Of a stretch of DNA of 64,000 nucleotides, positions 49,642 through 62,247 are shown one piece after another. The translations under genes were made by a program, and so were the position numbers. This stretch comes from Lingula anatina (lineage: Eukaryota > Animalia > Brachiopoda), in NCBI GenBank assembly GCA_051362555.1, contig CM120640.1, positions 52,678,788 to 52,742,787 of the forward strand. Direction: 5' to 3'. The notes under the pieces were generated by a model, which did not search any database, was not told where the DNA came from, and saw only the letters and a program-made list of their open reading frames with translations. Within the stretch, counting starts at the first letter, position 1. The number at the start of each line of letters is the position of its first letter.

Positions 49642-52033
49642 CACCAGTAAAAGGACCAACTCTGAGGGTGATCTTGATCAAACTGCTCAGAATTCTCTTA
49701 AAGAGAGTGGTTTGCAACAAAAACAAGACCAGTGCACCATGAAAAAGTACAAGGGAGCTTTTATTACTAAGTATTACAGAGAAGTTGGTGTGTGGAACAG
49801 TATCTCAGGATGAACATTATCAGTATATTAAATACAGCTGAATTCAAACCCAAACCATAGCATCAAATAAGTACTAGTCTTTTTTAGGAAGGAAGTAAGG
49901 AAGGAAGTATTATCTCTCATTATTCTGCAAGAATAGTTGTTTTTTATTACCATATAGAAAAGAAAGTTCAAAACAAGGCAGTGGATAATTGGCATTGACA
50001 AATTATTGAAAGCTTTATATCGTTTTGTTTTTTTTTCCAAGTTGTGGTGTCAGAACCACATACTTGAATCTTAGATTGTTGGTTTTTGTATTAATGATTG
50101 AGGAAAGGTATGAATGTGTTTTTATGGAAATGTTGTCAGTAATGTTGTTTTATTCTGTTTAAGTATAATTGTAGTAAGCAATATGTTGTCAAAGAATAGG
50201 TCTAAACCTATGCAATAACATTATAGATGAAATCAGAAGGGGGCTTTTACTGTCAGTGTAGTGTGTAATTATGGTACTCTAGTAGTAAGGTTTCTTCCTG
50301 CCCTTGCCAATTTGTTTTTTGCAGCATTAGAGATCTACACATACGGTTCCATCTTGTGCTGCAAGCACATTTAATGTGACCTAGAATGATGAACAGTGAC
50401 AAAAGTATTGAAGCTGGATGACATGATGTCATATGGGTGATATACAAATTTTGTAAGACTGTTTTGATTTTGAAAGTCAACTGTGGATTTTGTATGGGGC
50501 AATATTCGCCACATCCTTATGATTATCCTGAGCCTGGAAAAAAATCATAAAAATATACATTTCTTAAAAAACCCAATAGCCCTGAATTTATAGATGTTCT
50601 TTGTTTCTCTTTTATACATCGTTTCCCAAATAGAAAAAAAAGATGTGGACACAATTGTTAAATGGCATTTGCATAATTAAAACAAATCACTCTGTACCAG
50701 ATCATGGGGCAAAACATTGTACAATTGGAAGGTCACATCAAAGATATATTATATATTATATATGTTTTCAGTCACACTGTGTAGCGACACATTAAGTGAC
50801 ATGTTATGTTAACAAAAATGTCTCATTATACAGTGTTCCAGCAAAAGTTGTACAGTTGAATCTGTAGTGTGTATTGTCACCATTTTGCTTTAACATGGAT
50901 TGCTCCTTCATTCTAACAATTACTCAAGGCAAGCCTGCAGTGGATTTATACACTTTCTTTTTGTACCTTTCATTGAAAACCTGAATTAGTATTTGCCTCA
51001 AGCATTGCTTTTCAGTGAATGTAAACATAATGCAAACTTGGCACCAACATTACTGGGACCATAAAACAATTGCAAACACTTTTGGAATTCAGTCAAAATT
51101 CATTAAAAATTTCTCTCTTTAGTGAAACACTTTCTGTAATAGCTAAAAGACACCTTTGACTGTTGCAAATGTACAGTTCTTAAACTTTCACTTACATCTT
51201 GTTCAAGATTGTATCTGGATAAATTAAATGAAACATTTAATTTAGAACGAGACAATATTATGAGAAGGCTCCCATGATGTTGGTTGCATTTTAGTTTGTA
51301 TGTTGTGCTCTCTAGTATCTGTGATGCCACCCAGGTCCCATACTGGAGTGGCTGTGTTCCTAACTCCACCTCTTAAAGGGGAGACGAGTGATATGACGAT
51401 AGAAATCCTGAATAACAAGCCGTTGTGCAGTGCAAGAAAAATCAAGACAGTTGTACTTTATATACACACTGATGTCAATTCTCTTCTTAAGAATTGTATT
51501 TTTGGGTAAGATTTGAGATGAACAACCGATGAGGGATATCTGTCTGATCACTGGGAATACATTAATGCAGAAATGAAGAAGGCAGTGGTTCAACCTACAG
51601 GCCTTCTGATCGCAGCTTGGGAATACAACATGTTTACTGTGATTGCTTTGCTGTAATGCAAATAAAACTTTTCTAAAAAGAAAAAGCATTTTGTTTTCAA
51701 CTTTATGAGATGCATTTTAGTAATTGAAACAAAGTCGAAAACTAAATGAAATTGAATAGCATAAGCACATGGAATAACGCATATCTAATAATTTCATGAA
51801 AAATGCAAAAGAAAAGCTATTTGATTGAAAAACTTACTGTCTGCAATAGTAGTTGACTACAGTGCACAAATGGGTATATAATTTCAGAACCTATATATAT
51901 GACAACAAAGCCAAACTGGTACATTTTTTAAAACTGTAAAGCAATTAGTCTTTCTTATCACAGAATGAAGATGATAACTAAAATGTTACTAACATCTCAA
52001 ATATGTCTTAATTTACCGACATAAATCTTAATT

Positions 52034-53871
52034 CTAATTTCTGTAAGTCCTGTCAGCGGATAAACTGTTACTTCCATTGTTCCTACAAATACAACATCTC
52101 CACAGAGAGGGCCCAAACGAAAATCCCTGAGATTGCATTTCCCTGTCACTTGCAAGAGCATAAGTATTCACATAGTTTCTAAATTCCTTTTGAGGTCTAT
52201 GAGTCCCTGCAACAGACACCCTGTGGAGAATTCGAAGGCCAACTTCTTTCCTAGACTGCCTGGCTGCCTGACCAGCTAAATGTGCAACAGACAGGTTGTC
52301 TGAGATGATGAAATCTCCTGGTTCCCACTGGAAAAATCAAATGCTATATTGAAAAAAATATATATTGTCAAGTCTGAAGTTCTTAATGTATTTACATAAT
52401 ACATACATAAAATACTACAGAACTTTTTTAAACATTTACTGATTAGACAATTATTTACTTCAATTAACATTAAGAGCAACTTTGACATGTTGCAGATTTG
52501 TTGGTTTATTAAAGCACATATTCATGATACAGCAGTGAAAATTGACATTAAGTAAGGTAGAAACTTTTAACAAATGTATTCTCAAACATAATACCGACCT
52601 TATGTTCATACATAAGTTTACTTTGGTTTTTATCAAAAGCTTGTTGAATTTCCTTCACTATCTCCTCAGTCTCCTCTTTTGCTGTCCACCTTTCTTCAGG
52701 TGTGCCTCTGTCCCATACAAAACATTTCATGCCTCCAAGATGAATACACATAGTCTGTAACAGAAAGCACATTTCTATAACCAATACCATTAATCTTGAT
52801 TTGTTAAGATGTATATAGATGTACTACTAGTACATTAAGCGCTATTGGTAGGGCTTGGTCCCATATATCATATTAGGCCTTGTGTATACATGTGTAAAAA
52901 CAGTAAAACATAAAACAACAGTGCACTATAATGTCCCAAATTTTATATACATTTTGCACCTAGTAGGTAAAAGACTCGATCAGTACAAAAAAATCTAAGT
53001 GTAACCAAACATACAACAGTAAACATTCACAGACAATAAAGCACAAGTGTAGCTGTTACCGCAGATTTTTAATACTCAGATGTACTCAGATGTACCTCTA
53101 ACCCTGTGACAGGATGCACATAAATTACAGGATGGACCCTCTTTTTGTTATCCTCATATCTGACAATCCACAATCTCTGCCATCTGCTCAGCTGCTCGCT
53201 GTCAAGACTTTTTATCAATTCAAACAAGGGATAAAACACTAAAGCAGAGAGGGTGAAACAATTACATTTGTGAATTTTACTTGTATGAATAGAATTTTGT
53301 TTCGGTAAATGTATCGATCAGCTTTTACAAGGAGAATAATTTAAGGTTGTTTATTTGCCTATTTTCATTTACATGAAAGTACAACAACATTTTATATGCC
53401 AAGACAATTATAGATAAACATGTTTTATATACTTTTCGATATATGCTATGTTCACTTACATGTGCTACTTCCCCCAGTAGGCAAAGCGACCATGTGATAT
53501 AAAGAGTAATGGTAAGGAACCATCAGGTATGAACCGTCTATGTGCCACCCCCTCGTGCCAATGTTAACACAGCCTTCCTCTGGATCATTGGAGAGTCTAA
53601 GCACCTGAGGATGCGGGGCTCGAGGATGGCTGTACATTTCTGCAGGTTGAATGGGTCCAAACCATTCACCCACACGAATGTGAACCTTAGCAGGAACAAT
53701 GCCTTGGTCTTTAAAAATCAAAATTCGGTTTTGGTGTGACAGTATCCGTGTCATGTCTATAGTCTCCTGCGAGATGTGCTTTGAATTTAGATTGATTCCT
53801 CGGATTTCTACAACAAAATACGGAATATGCCCCACTGGGGTTACAGTGTACTTACTCTTGTCAGCTCCCAT
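52034..53871 (-). CDS. TauD/TfdA-family Fe(II)/2-oxoglutarate-dependent dioxygenase, complete, 4 exons, 334 aa
   Basis: Exons 53460-53871 (MGADKSKY...EIRGINL..ILIFKDQ..WHIDGSY), 53096-53238 (HPVIYVHPVTG), 52599-52754, 52034-52327 (WEPGDFIISDNLSVAH...RILHRV). The HxD...H facial triad and the 2OG-binding Arg are intact. CDS is 1005 nt. Confidence 0.9.
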
Positions 53872-54109
53872 TTTGACCTTCACCTTCAAGTTGTAAACAT
53901 GTCTTATCTAACACATCGTAAGACTGGAAGGTAATCTCAACAAACACACTTTTCCAAAAAATGAAGTCTGACGATACAAAACTACGACAATCCTTATACA
54001 AAAAATAAAATATTATTCATTATATTTTCTTAATGTATTTATTAGAGAAAGAATTTTGCAAGCTATCCAGAAAGGTTCTATAAATGCAGCGTTAAGGGTA
54101 CTGTTAGAC

Positions 54110-54250
54110 TGGGTTCCCATACCTAGATCGATTTAACAGGATCGATTCATCTCCGAGGGTTTCTCGCTAAATTGTGGCTTAGATTTCTGGCACGCCTACT
54201 GAAGCTGTTTAACGATAATTAATTACCCCCTAGCAGCTTCAGTAGCTTCT
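54110..54250. mobile_element. Partial MITE related to the 11196-11419 element, in the TauD/AKAP7-1 intergenic region
   Basis: Shares TT.CCATA..TAGATCGA......GATCGA....CTCC..GGG.TTC.CGCTAAAT and TTAATTACCCC....CAGCTT with 11212-11330. Internal inverted repeat CTACTGAAGCTG/CAGCTTCAGTAG. Confidence 0.6.
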
Positions 54251-54691
54251 GTCAATAAATGCCGCGTGTGTGTACCCACTTACGATAGGATAACAACATT
54301 CCTTACTGTTGGGGTCTTTTGAACTTTCGTGTGTGTCTTTTGAAAAATACATATATTTATGGATTTTGTATTCTTTTTGGGATCACCCAAAGTATTTTTC
54401 TGTTCAATAGAAATGTGAAAAACCAGGAATAAAATGTTGCATTTATTTCATACCATCACGGCAATTGGAAACGATTGTTGATATAACAAGCATTGTGTGA
54501 AGCAAAAGCACACAATATACTTACCGAATTTGCAGGGCTTGGACATTCACTATTTTTCAACCTCGTAAAGTTTGTATCAACTGATAATATCTGTCATGGA
54601 GTCTTAGTTGATTTAGAGTAGTATACAATGAACCCAGTACAGCAGTAGAATCTATGGATTGTGGTTATCGCAATACTAATGCTAGAAGGGA

Positions 54692-57600
54692 ATGATTTAT
54701 ACTGCACTTATCCGACGGCAGCGGAGAACTGCAGCACCAACAACCTTTCAGTTACTCGTGCATAGTCATTTATATACTGTCATCAATGTAAACCCACGTT
54801 ACTTGGTAAACGAGAATAAAACACATATATCAAAGTGGATATGCAGTATTAGCAGACCAAAAAATTCTGAAATTTCCCAATCTTTGAACCCTCCAACACC
54901 TGCTTCTTCTGTTAGTTTAAAACCGTTTAAATCACAGTCATCTACATTGCCCCCGCTCTATGTTCCTAAAACCGAACTAGAAGTAATAAGTCACACTATG
55001 CAAACTACAGAGGATGAACTGATAAATCATGTCCAACTGCAGCCAATATTGACATTCAATTTCAAAGAAGGACAAGGACTTTTTCCAGAGCAAATGGAAG
55101 TGTTACCATCTGGAGTGAAGGAGTCAAAAAGAAAGAGAAGAAGGAAAAAGAGAGACTATGGCAAAGAGACGATTCTTCCAGGGAATCTTTTGCATCAGGT
55201 GACAGATCAAGTAAGAAAGATGGTAGAGAATGGACAAATGGAATCATTTGGTGCTACATCCAGTTCAAGTTGTAAGGTCAGTTTAATTTAAATGACTACA
55301 CATTATATTAGTAAAAAGTCAGGTACTAGTATATGTTTTGAAATTTAACTTGTTTTGAAAAATAATTATCAAACGTTTTTGTTGATTGTTTTAATTAATT
55401 TGGATAAGTGTTACAGGCATAAATGCTCTAAAATAATGTTGTTTTTTTTTCTTTCTTCAAGAAGATATCACCAAAAATGTCGGATCATTTGGATTTTACA
55501 GAAAGTTTTGCTAAAAGTGACTTGGATGTTGATGCTGAGGAATATTTAACAGAGTTACCATTTGCATGCACTGATAATGTCCTAGAGTCTCAGCCAGAGG
55601 AGGATGATGCATGTTTAGTTGATGTTGGTGATTTAATGACAGGTAGGAAGAAGAAAAATCTAACCAACTCTCTATGTTGTCTTTCCAAGTACTGACTACA
55701 CCTAACACACATTTCACTGTTTTCCATGGGCCCATCATTTTTGACACACATAACATACTGCCACCTCACATGTACAGTGTATGTACCTGTTATGTATACC
55801 TAACAAACTCGACCATGGTCCACTGCCATTTAAGCTACTAGTATGCTTCCACACCAAACAGAACATTATATCATACATATGAAGCTATGCTCACCAACTT
55901 CTTAGGCACCGTTCACATGAAAAATCCAAATTCCAAAAATCCAAAAATCCATTGGCGGTATCTAGTGATCACAGTCTGTGCCCTGAATACCCCGCGACAT
56001 AATTAACTATAAGCGTGAGTGAGTCGTTTCCAAAGCTGTAATTAATTCTTTGAGGAGATTCTGAAGCCTGGACACATGCATAGTAATAAGTTAGAAAATG
56101 ACGGTTGCAGTTGCTTTGAAAAATGTGTTTGTCGATTTTGTGCAACAACAAGACGAAGAAGATGAGGTCCCTATATATATGACAGATATTAGTGTAAACT
56201 GATGAAATCCACAGTTTAGAGATACTACTGCGCATGCATCGTGGTGTCAGAATCTCCTCCGAGCGCAGCCGAGAACTAATTACAGCTTTGCAAATGACTC
56301 GCCTGTGCTGCTAGTTAATTTTGCCGCGGGGTATTCAGGGCACAAACCGTGATCACTAGATACCGCCAATGGATTTTTGGAATTTGGTTTTTTCAGGTAA
56401 ACGGTGCCTTAATCCCTGCTGTGACCTATACAGCAACAAACTAGAACTAACCACTCCTTTAAAAAGCAGCAGCAGGACAGTAAACATCAACATATTATAT
56501 CACTGTTATTTTAAATTTGAAATCTCTCAAGAACCATCTGTGTCTGTACATATTGCCATGGCCGAGTCGTTGTCGACGTGCACTTTCAGTGATATACAAA
56601 TAAATTGAAAATTGTTTTACCTTTTGTCTTCAAACTTACAGATCTGATGAATATTCATGACATACAGGTCAAGTTCAAAAATCAGCCTGATAACATGGCC
56701 ATTATACAAATAAAATGAAAAAACTTACAAGAATGATTGACTTACAGCTAAAATTGGCAAACCAGATTGATTGGATTATTTTTCTTTCTTGTTGTCTGTA
56801 CATTTGATAGCTTTGCTACCTTATTTTATATGTAAATTTTCATTTTTTTTTTCTTAATTTCATTTTAAATGTTTTCATTAAACTGTGAAGTTCTAGAAGT
56901 GGAATTGTAAAAAAAATGCTTTTAAAATGGTTACAGTTGATGAAGGTTCACTTTAAACACTACTGTTGCAGGTATACTAGACAGGAAATATGAATTTTAT
57001 CAGAAAAAGGAATTACAGAAAGCAAAGAAAAAGAAAGCACAGAAGAGGAAGCAAGCTAGTGGGAAAAGAGAAGAGAATGAGGGGGAAGCAGATGAAAAGA
57101 AACCCAGAAGAAAGCCTCCCAACTATTTTGTAGCCATACAGATGAGTAATCAAAAGGTAACACTTGAAGCTGTATGCTTTACTAATCAGTCCAGGTTTTT
57201 CACCTTTGAAGTTATTAGATTCATTGTGAAAACTATTATTTCCAATAGATTAAGTTCTTAAAGCAAAAGGTTTCAACAAAACTAGCTGTATATCTGAAGG
57301 GTCACATTAAAACCTTAAGATATTTACTTCATGAGTTGAATAGCCTGCAGTATATAGATGCCTGTTGTTCATACACTCTGCGTAATAACGATGAATATAA
57401 AAGGGGGAGGTTTACATATTGGTTGGATGAAAGTTGTAGCTCAATGACTTAATTAAGTTAAGAATTTAAAGGACTCTTGTTAGACCAAGTGTGCCCTGTT
57501 ACAGTAGAACTGTACCCTGTCTGTTTTAACTATATATATCAGTGCTTTGTATTAATTTTTTTCATCCCTTAGATTCATAGTGCTCTTAACTGTTTTAACT

Positions 57601-59738
57601 ATATATATCAGTGCTTTGTATTAATTTTTTTCATCCCTTAGATTCATAGTGCTCTTAAGGAAGTCCAGAAGACAATACTCCAAAAAGACAAGAATATATC
57701 TCCTGCATTCATACCAATCCCCACTCTTCATCTCACCATGATAGTGCTTAGACTGGATGAGGAAGAGGAGATGCAGAGGTGAGATTGTGTTTCTGGAAAC
57801 CTGGTGGTTGCAGCAGTGTGTTAGATATGAAAATGTAAAATGTAGCTCAATGGGGGTACAGGGCAAAGCAGACACAATCTTCAACTGGGTTTGATCCCAT
57901 AGTTTATTTATTTTTTAATCAAAAACTGTGGATCAAATACCATAAAAGAAGTAAAGGAAAGTAATAAAAGTCTAGGCTAAAATAAATACTTTATTTTACA
58001 AGTATTTACATGTGCAAGAACGAATGTTGTTGCCCTATTCGTACAATATACATTGTAAGCACTACATAATATGAGATAAATATACATTTTTTTCTTACAA
58101 AGCTTTTAACATACTGCAGGACACAATATTAATCCATGCTTATTAAAGCAAAAAATACAAATTTATTATACTAACAGTTTTACTGCAGAGTTAAGAACAG
58201 AAAATGCACAAATGATGACTTACCATTTTCTGCCTTTACTCCCATATGATGTAGTTATAAAATGAAGTGAAAACTCACATAAAATGTACATGTATCACTC
58301 CATGGGTGCATTACTACAATTAAATTAATTATTTAATCAAAAATTAAAAAGCAATTTTATTTTTGTCTTATTGAAGGAATTTTAAATTTTGATTCAGAGC
58401 AAAATCAGCCTTGGAGAAGTGCCGCATTCAGCTGGATACTCAATTCAAAGGCCAACCCCTGGACATTGAACTAACTGGTTTAGGTCACTTCAAGAAGGAG
58501 GTCCTCTTTGCCATGGTCAAACCTGGCCAGGAGGCTGACCAACTGACCATTATAGCAGGTGAGATGGAGTTATGTTTATGTAAGGTAAATGCATGTTTGA
58601 TGACAAAATCGTTTTTTTTTTCATGAAATGCAAAAATACTGGCTTCATCCATGGAGGGAACTGAAATTTTTTATGTGTTTTTATAATGGGTTCTGAAAAT
58701 GATTATAGTATCAGATGTATATTTTATAAGCTTATAAGTCACTCTTGCAGGAAATACCATTGTAGTAATAGAAAATAAAATACTATTTCATTCAAACAAT
58801 AAAATTGATTAAAAAAATGTATATTGAATAGCTCATTGTTAACTTTCTATTTTAAACCTCCAGAGTGTGTAGAAAAGTGTTACGAGGAACATGAGCTGTA
58901 TGGAGATGGGAAAGACTTTAAACCACATGTGACAGTCATGAAGTTATCCAGGGCGCCCAGTCTGAGAAAGAAAGGTGAATGTTTTAGGGGGGGGGGGTCA
59001 TGATTATATTTAAAAGATCGGCCACTGTTGAGGAATCTTGTTATGGTTAAGTAACTTTTTTAAAATACATTTTCTAAGTCATATGATCTTGCAAAAAGTA
59101 ACATATTCTATGATGTAAGGTAATTGTTCAAGGTATGGTATTACTTAACCTATGGAGATATAAAATTTACCCATGACCTCTAAAAATCAAATATGTTAAT
59201 TTTTCATTCTGTAAATATTTTATAGCCACAGGGCCTTCATATTTCTCTAGGTATCCGCAGCATTGCTTCAGATTTATATGAAGACTACAAGGATACTGCA
59301 TTTGGAGTGCAGAGAGTAGAGGGTCTACAACTTTGTGCTATGCTCAAACAAAAAGATGAGACGGGTTATTACCATGTGGAGCATTCTGTTTCCTTCGGCA
59401 CTGGTACTGATAACACAAAAGATTTAGGCACAGAAATGATGCAGGAAACCTCTGTTGAACCTATTAAACAATTACAGGAAGAAATTACAAAGCATGGTGA
59501 TTATGTAAATGGTAAAGATACAGAAACTGAAAGGAAACATGAAAATTGTGTTGCAGTTGAGAAACAAACACATGAAGCAATTGTGCAGTGTGATACAGAC
59601 GATAAGCAAGTCGTCACTGAAACTGGTGGATACTTTGATTCTTCTGAAAGGCAGCTGTTGGAGAAAGATATAGGTGACTGTCAATCTAATTTTAAAACTG
59701 AAAATGTACACCAGAGTTCAGAAACAATTATAAAATAA
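54692..59738 (+). CDS. AKAP7: AKAP7-like 2H (2',5'-) phosphoesterase, copy 1 (long form)
   Basis: Exons 54692-55276 (start codon tentative), 55462/55465-55642 (YLTELPFA), 56972-57156 (basic NLS, PNYFVAIQMSN), 57642-57778 (first HxT: LHLTM), 58398-58558, 58864-58974 (second HxT: FKPHVTVMKLS), 59251-59738 (FGVQRVEGLQLCAMLKQKDETGYYH plus an acidic tail). Matches the AKAP7 gamma/delta central domain. Confidence 0.88.
55905..56408. mobile_element. PIF/Harbinger-type MITE in AKAP7-1 intron 2
   Basis: Imperfect TIRs of >130 bp (GGCACCGTT.AC.TGAAAAA.CCAAATTCCAAAAATCC... / ...AACGGTGCC) with a TTA TSD at 55902-04 and 56409-11. Confidence 0.9.
57521..57658 (+). repeat. Perfect 69-bp tandem duplication spanning the AKAP7-1 exon 4 acceptor
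   Basis: 57521-57589 is identical to 57590-57658. Each unit contains a polypyrimidine tract, AG and the first 17 exon nt. Confidence 0.92.
57841..57899 (+). mobile_element. Possible degenerate tRNA-derived SINE head
   Basis: A-box-like TAGCTCAATGG (57843) and B-box-like GGTTTGATCCC (57888) at tRNA-like spacing. No cloverleaf or SINE body is recognisable. Confidence 0.25.
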
Positions 59739-60560
59739 TAACAAATGAATTTGCTTGTGATAAATATCTCTGAAATTTAAAGCGCAATAATATGGCAGCC
59801 ACGAGGGCACCTGTGTTACATGTGCATGAAAGGCACTAATGGAAGCAATAAACAGAATTTTAAGCGGCTAGCTTTTGGTAAAAATGGTGCTTTAATTCGA
59901 TTTTATCTTGTTAAAATATTCAATATTTGACGTTTGACTGAAATGAGAGAGAGGAAGGATTAATTAAGATGTTGGCACACATTAAGGAGTTTACTGTGTA
60001 AATATTGCAATTAAATTGTCACATAAAAGTTATTTTGTTGATACGCTTTGATTTGTGATAGAGCCACCATTACACTATCTGTTTAGTGTTGGAATCTCAT
60101 TAAATTCGGACATTTCCCGCCTGGTATGGCTCTCCAGGTTGCACAGTAACCTTATCGATTTTTTATAAAATGACTCGACAAAAGTTTAAAACAGGTCATT
60201 GGGCTAATAAGAATACAAAGAGCATCAATAATTTGACGTACCATTTCGTATTGACTTATTATATGAAACTGACGCACGTGTGTAGGTCGAAAATGGCTAA
60301 ATATTTGACTTGTGTATACATAAAACTTAACTCTTTCACTACGATGTAATAGACCGCTAACCCAAACAGTTGAAATGGTTCTAACGTTCGTCTCATAGTC
60401 AACTCGTTACAGTGCAAATTACAGTTGGGTTTGAACCACTATTTAATCTCCAAGCGACACGTCTCCCTCACCATAAAGCCCATTTAATCAATATCCAATA
60501 ATACAGCGACCTACCCACTCCTTGGTAATCGAACAAATTTTAGTTCGACAACCCGCCGCC

Positions 60561-62169
60561 ATGCATCAACATGAGGAGCATGAGAAGTGCGGACAGTGCG
60601 TCCGTCACAAACAGTGCGCAAAGCCCACCTTCACGCCGCGGTACCTTCTGAAACGACAAGCAGTAAGTGGCAGTTCCGACGGAGGGGCGGGCACGGCGTC
60701 GGCATCTAAGGGGTCTGGAGAAATACCACAGCAACAACCCAAACCGACACATTTTGTGTGTATCCAAATGAATAACAAGAAGGTAAGAGTCTGCAAGACG
60801 AAACCAGCTGGAACGGTTCGTTGAGATTCTTGTTGAATTTTTCCAGGGATGTTTCATCATGTACTGTTTCTTTACTTTGGGTGTAAAATATGTAAGATGT
60901 GTTGCCCTCTTAAGAATATAATATGAGGCCATTCTTCATATGCTTTGACCATGATTTGCATTTTTCTCATCCTATATTTTTGAAGTTACTACGTATATCT
61001 CCCAACTAAAATTCCGAAGAATTTATCTATATTTCATTACTGATATATTTAACTTGTTAAAGACCTATATTTATAACAAAATTCTTACACATGTGTTCGC
61101 TGACTTTCAGAAATATATATCTTTCGGTATACAATCCTTGGGCCCAATCACGCCCCTCTTCTTAAACGTTTGGGCAACTGCTTGCCCAGTTAACTGAATA
61201 GTTATATTAAATCTTCCAATAAACATTTATTTGGTATTGTCAGCTTCAAGAATCATTGATGAAGGTTGAGGATGACATCGTAGAAAAGTACAAAAGCAAT
61301 TGCAAAGTTGACCTCTCAAGCATCGTAAAATCCCCTTCTGCATATCACATCACTTTGATGGCGGCCAAAATCGAAAACGACAAGGTGTTGGAAAGGTGAG
61401 AAGCCTGTTAAATGTATATCACCTGAAGTCTACGTCACTGTTCCATTATCAGTTTTAAAAAGACCTACTACAGTCTATATATTTTTTTCTTCTAGAGTTT
61501 GGAAAATCTTTTTCAACTCTTCACTAACTCAAATTTGCCTTGCCGCTTTTTGTCGTGAGATAGTTGACTTTTATCAATAATTGTAACGTCTGCTTTTGAA
61601 ATCGTTTGACATGTTCCTAATAAGGACAGATTAGTCAGATAACGGCCATGCAACAATGAAGATACACATAAAGATAATTAATAATTGCTGATTTGTTTTC
61701 CAAATCGATATTTCAATATTTACTTATGCAGATTAAACAAAACTGATAAAACTGAAGAGGCAGGTTGCTCCTCTGTCAGAATCATCCGTCACTGGTGCTA
61801 ATAAGGCATTTAGCACGTTTTTGCGTTTTCAGGGCCAAAGAGGCTTTAGATAATTGTTACGAGACACAACTGATGAAGTTTGAAAATGATCCGCTTACAG
61901 TGAAAATGCAGGGAATAGACGACTTTAGTGGAGAAATAGTCTTTGCTAAAGTGAAACCCACACCAGAAAAGGGAATTCTAGGCGAAATATCAAGTAAGTG
62001 ATAAAATGGCACGTGGACAAATTTATAAGTTAGAATTGAATAATCGAAAATCGCATACATATACAACATTACAAACTATTTATCCATTTGGTATCCCAGC
62101 ACAGCTTATGGGAAAAATGGACCATAGATACATGTACTAGCATATATCGGGAGAAGGTCAAATTTAGGG

Positions 62170-62247
<78 letters not shown>

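Noticed and set aside
51300-51660. Protein-like short ORFs and a possible SECIS between UGCG and TauD
   Set aside because: No splice support, no SECIS core geometry, and no in-frame UGA in the neighbouring genes.
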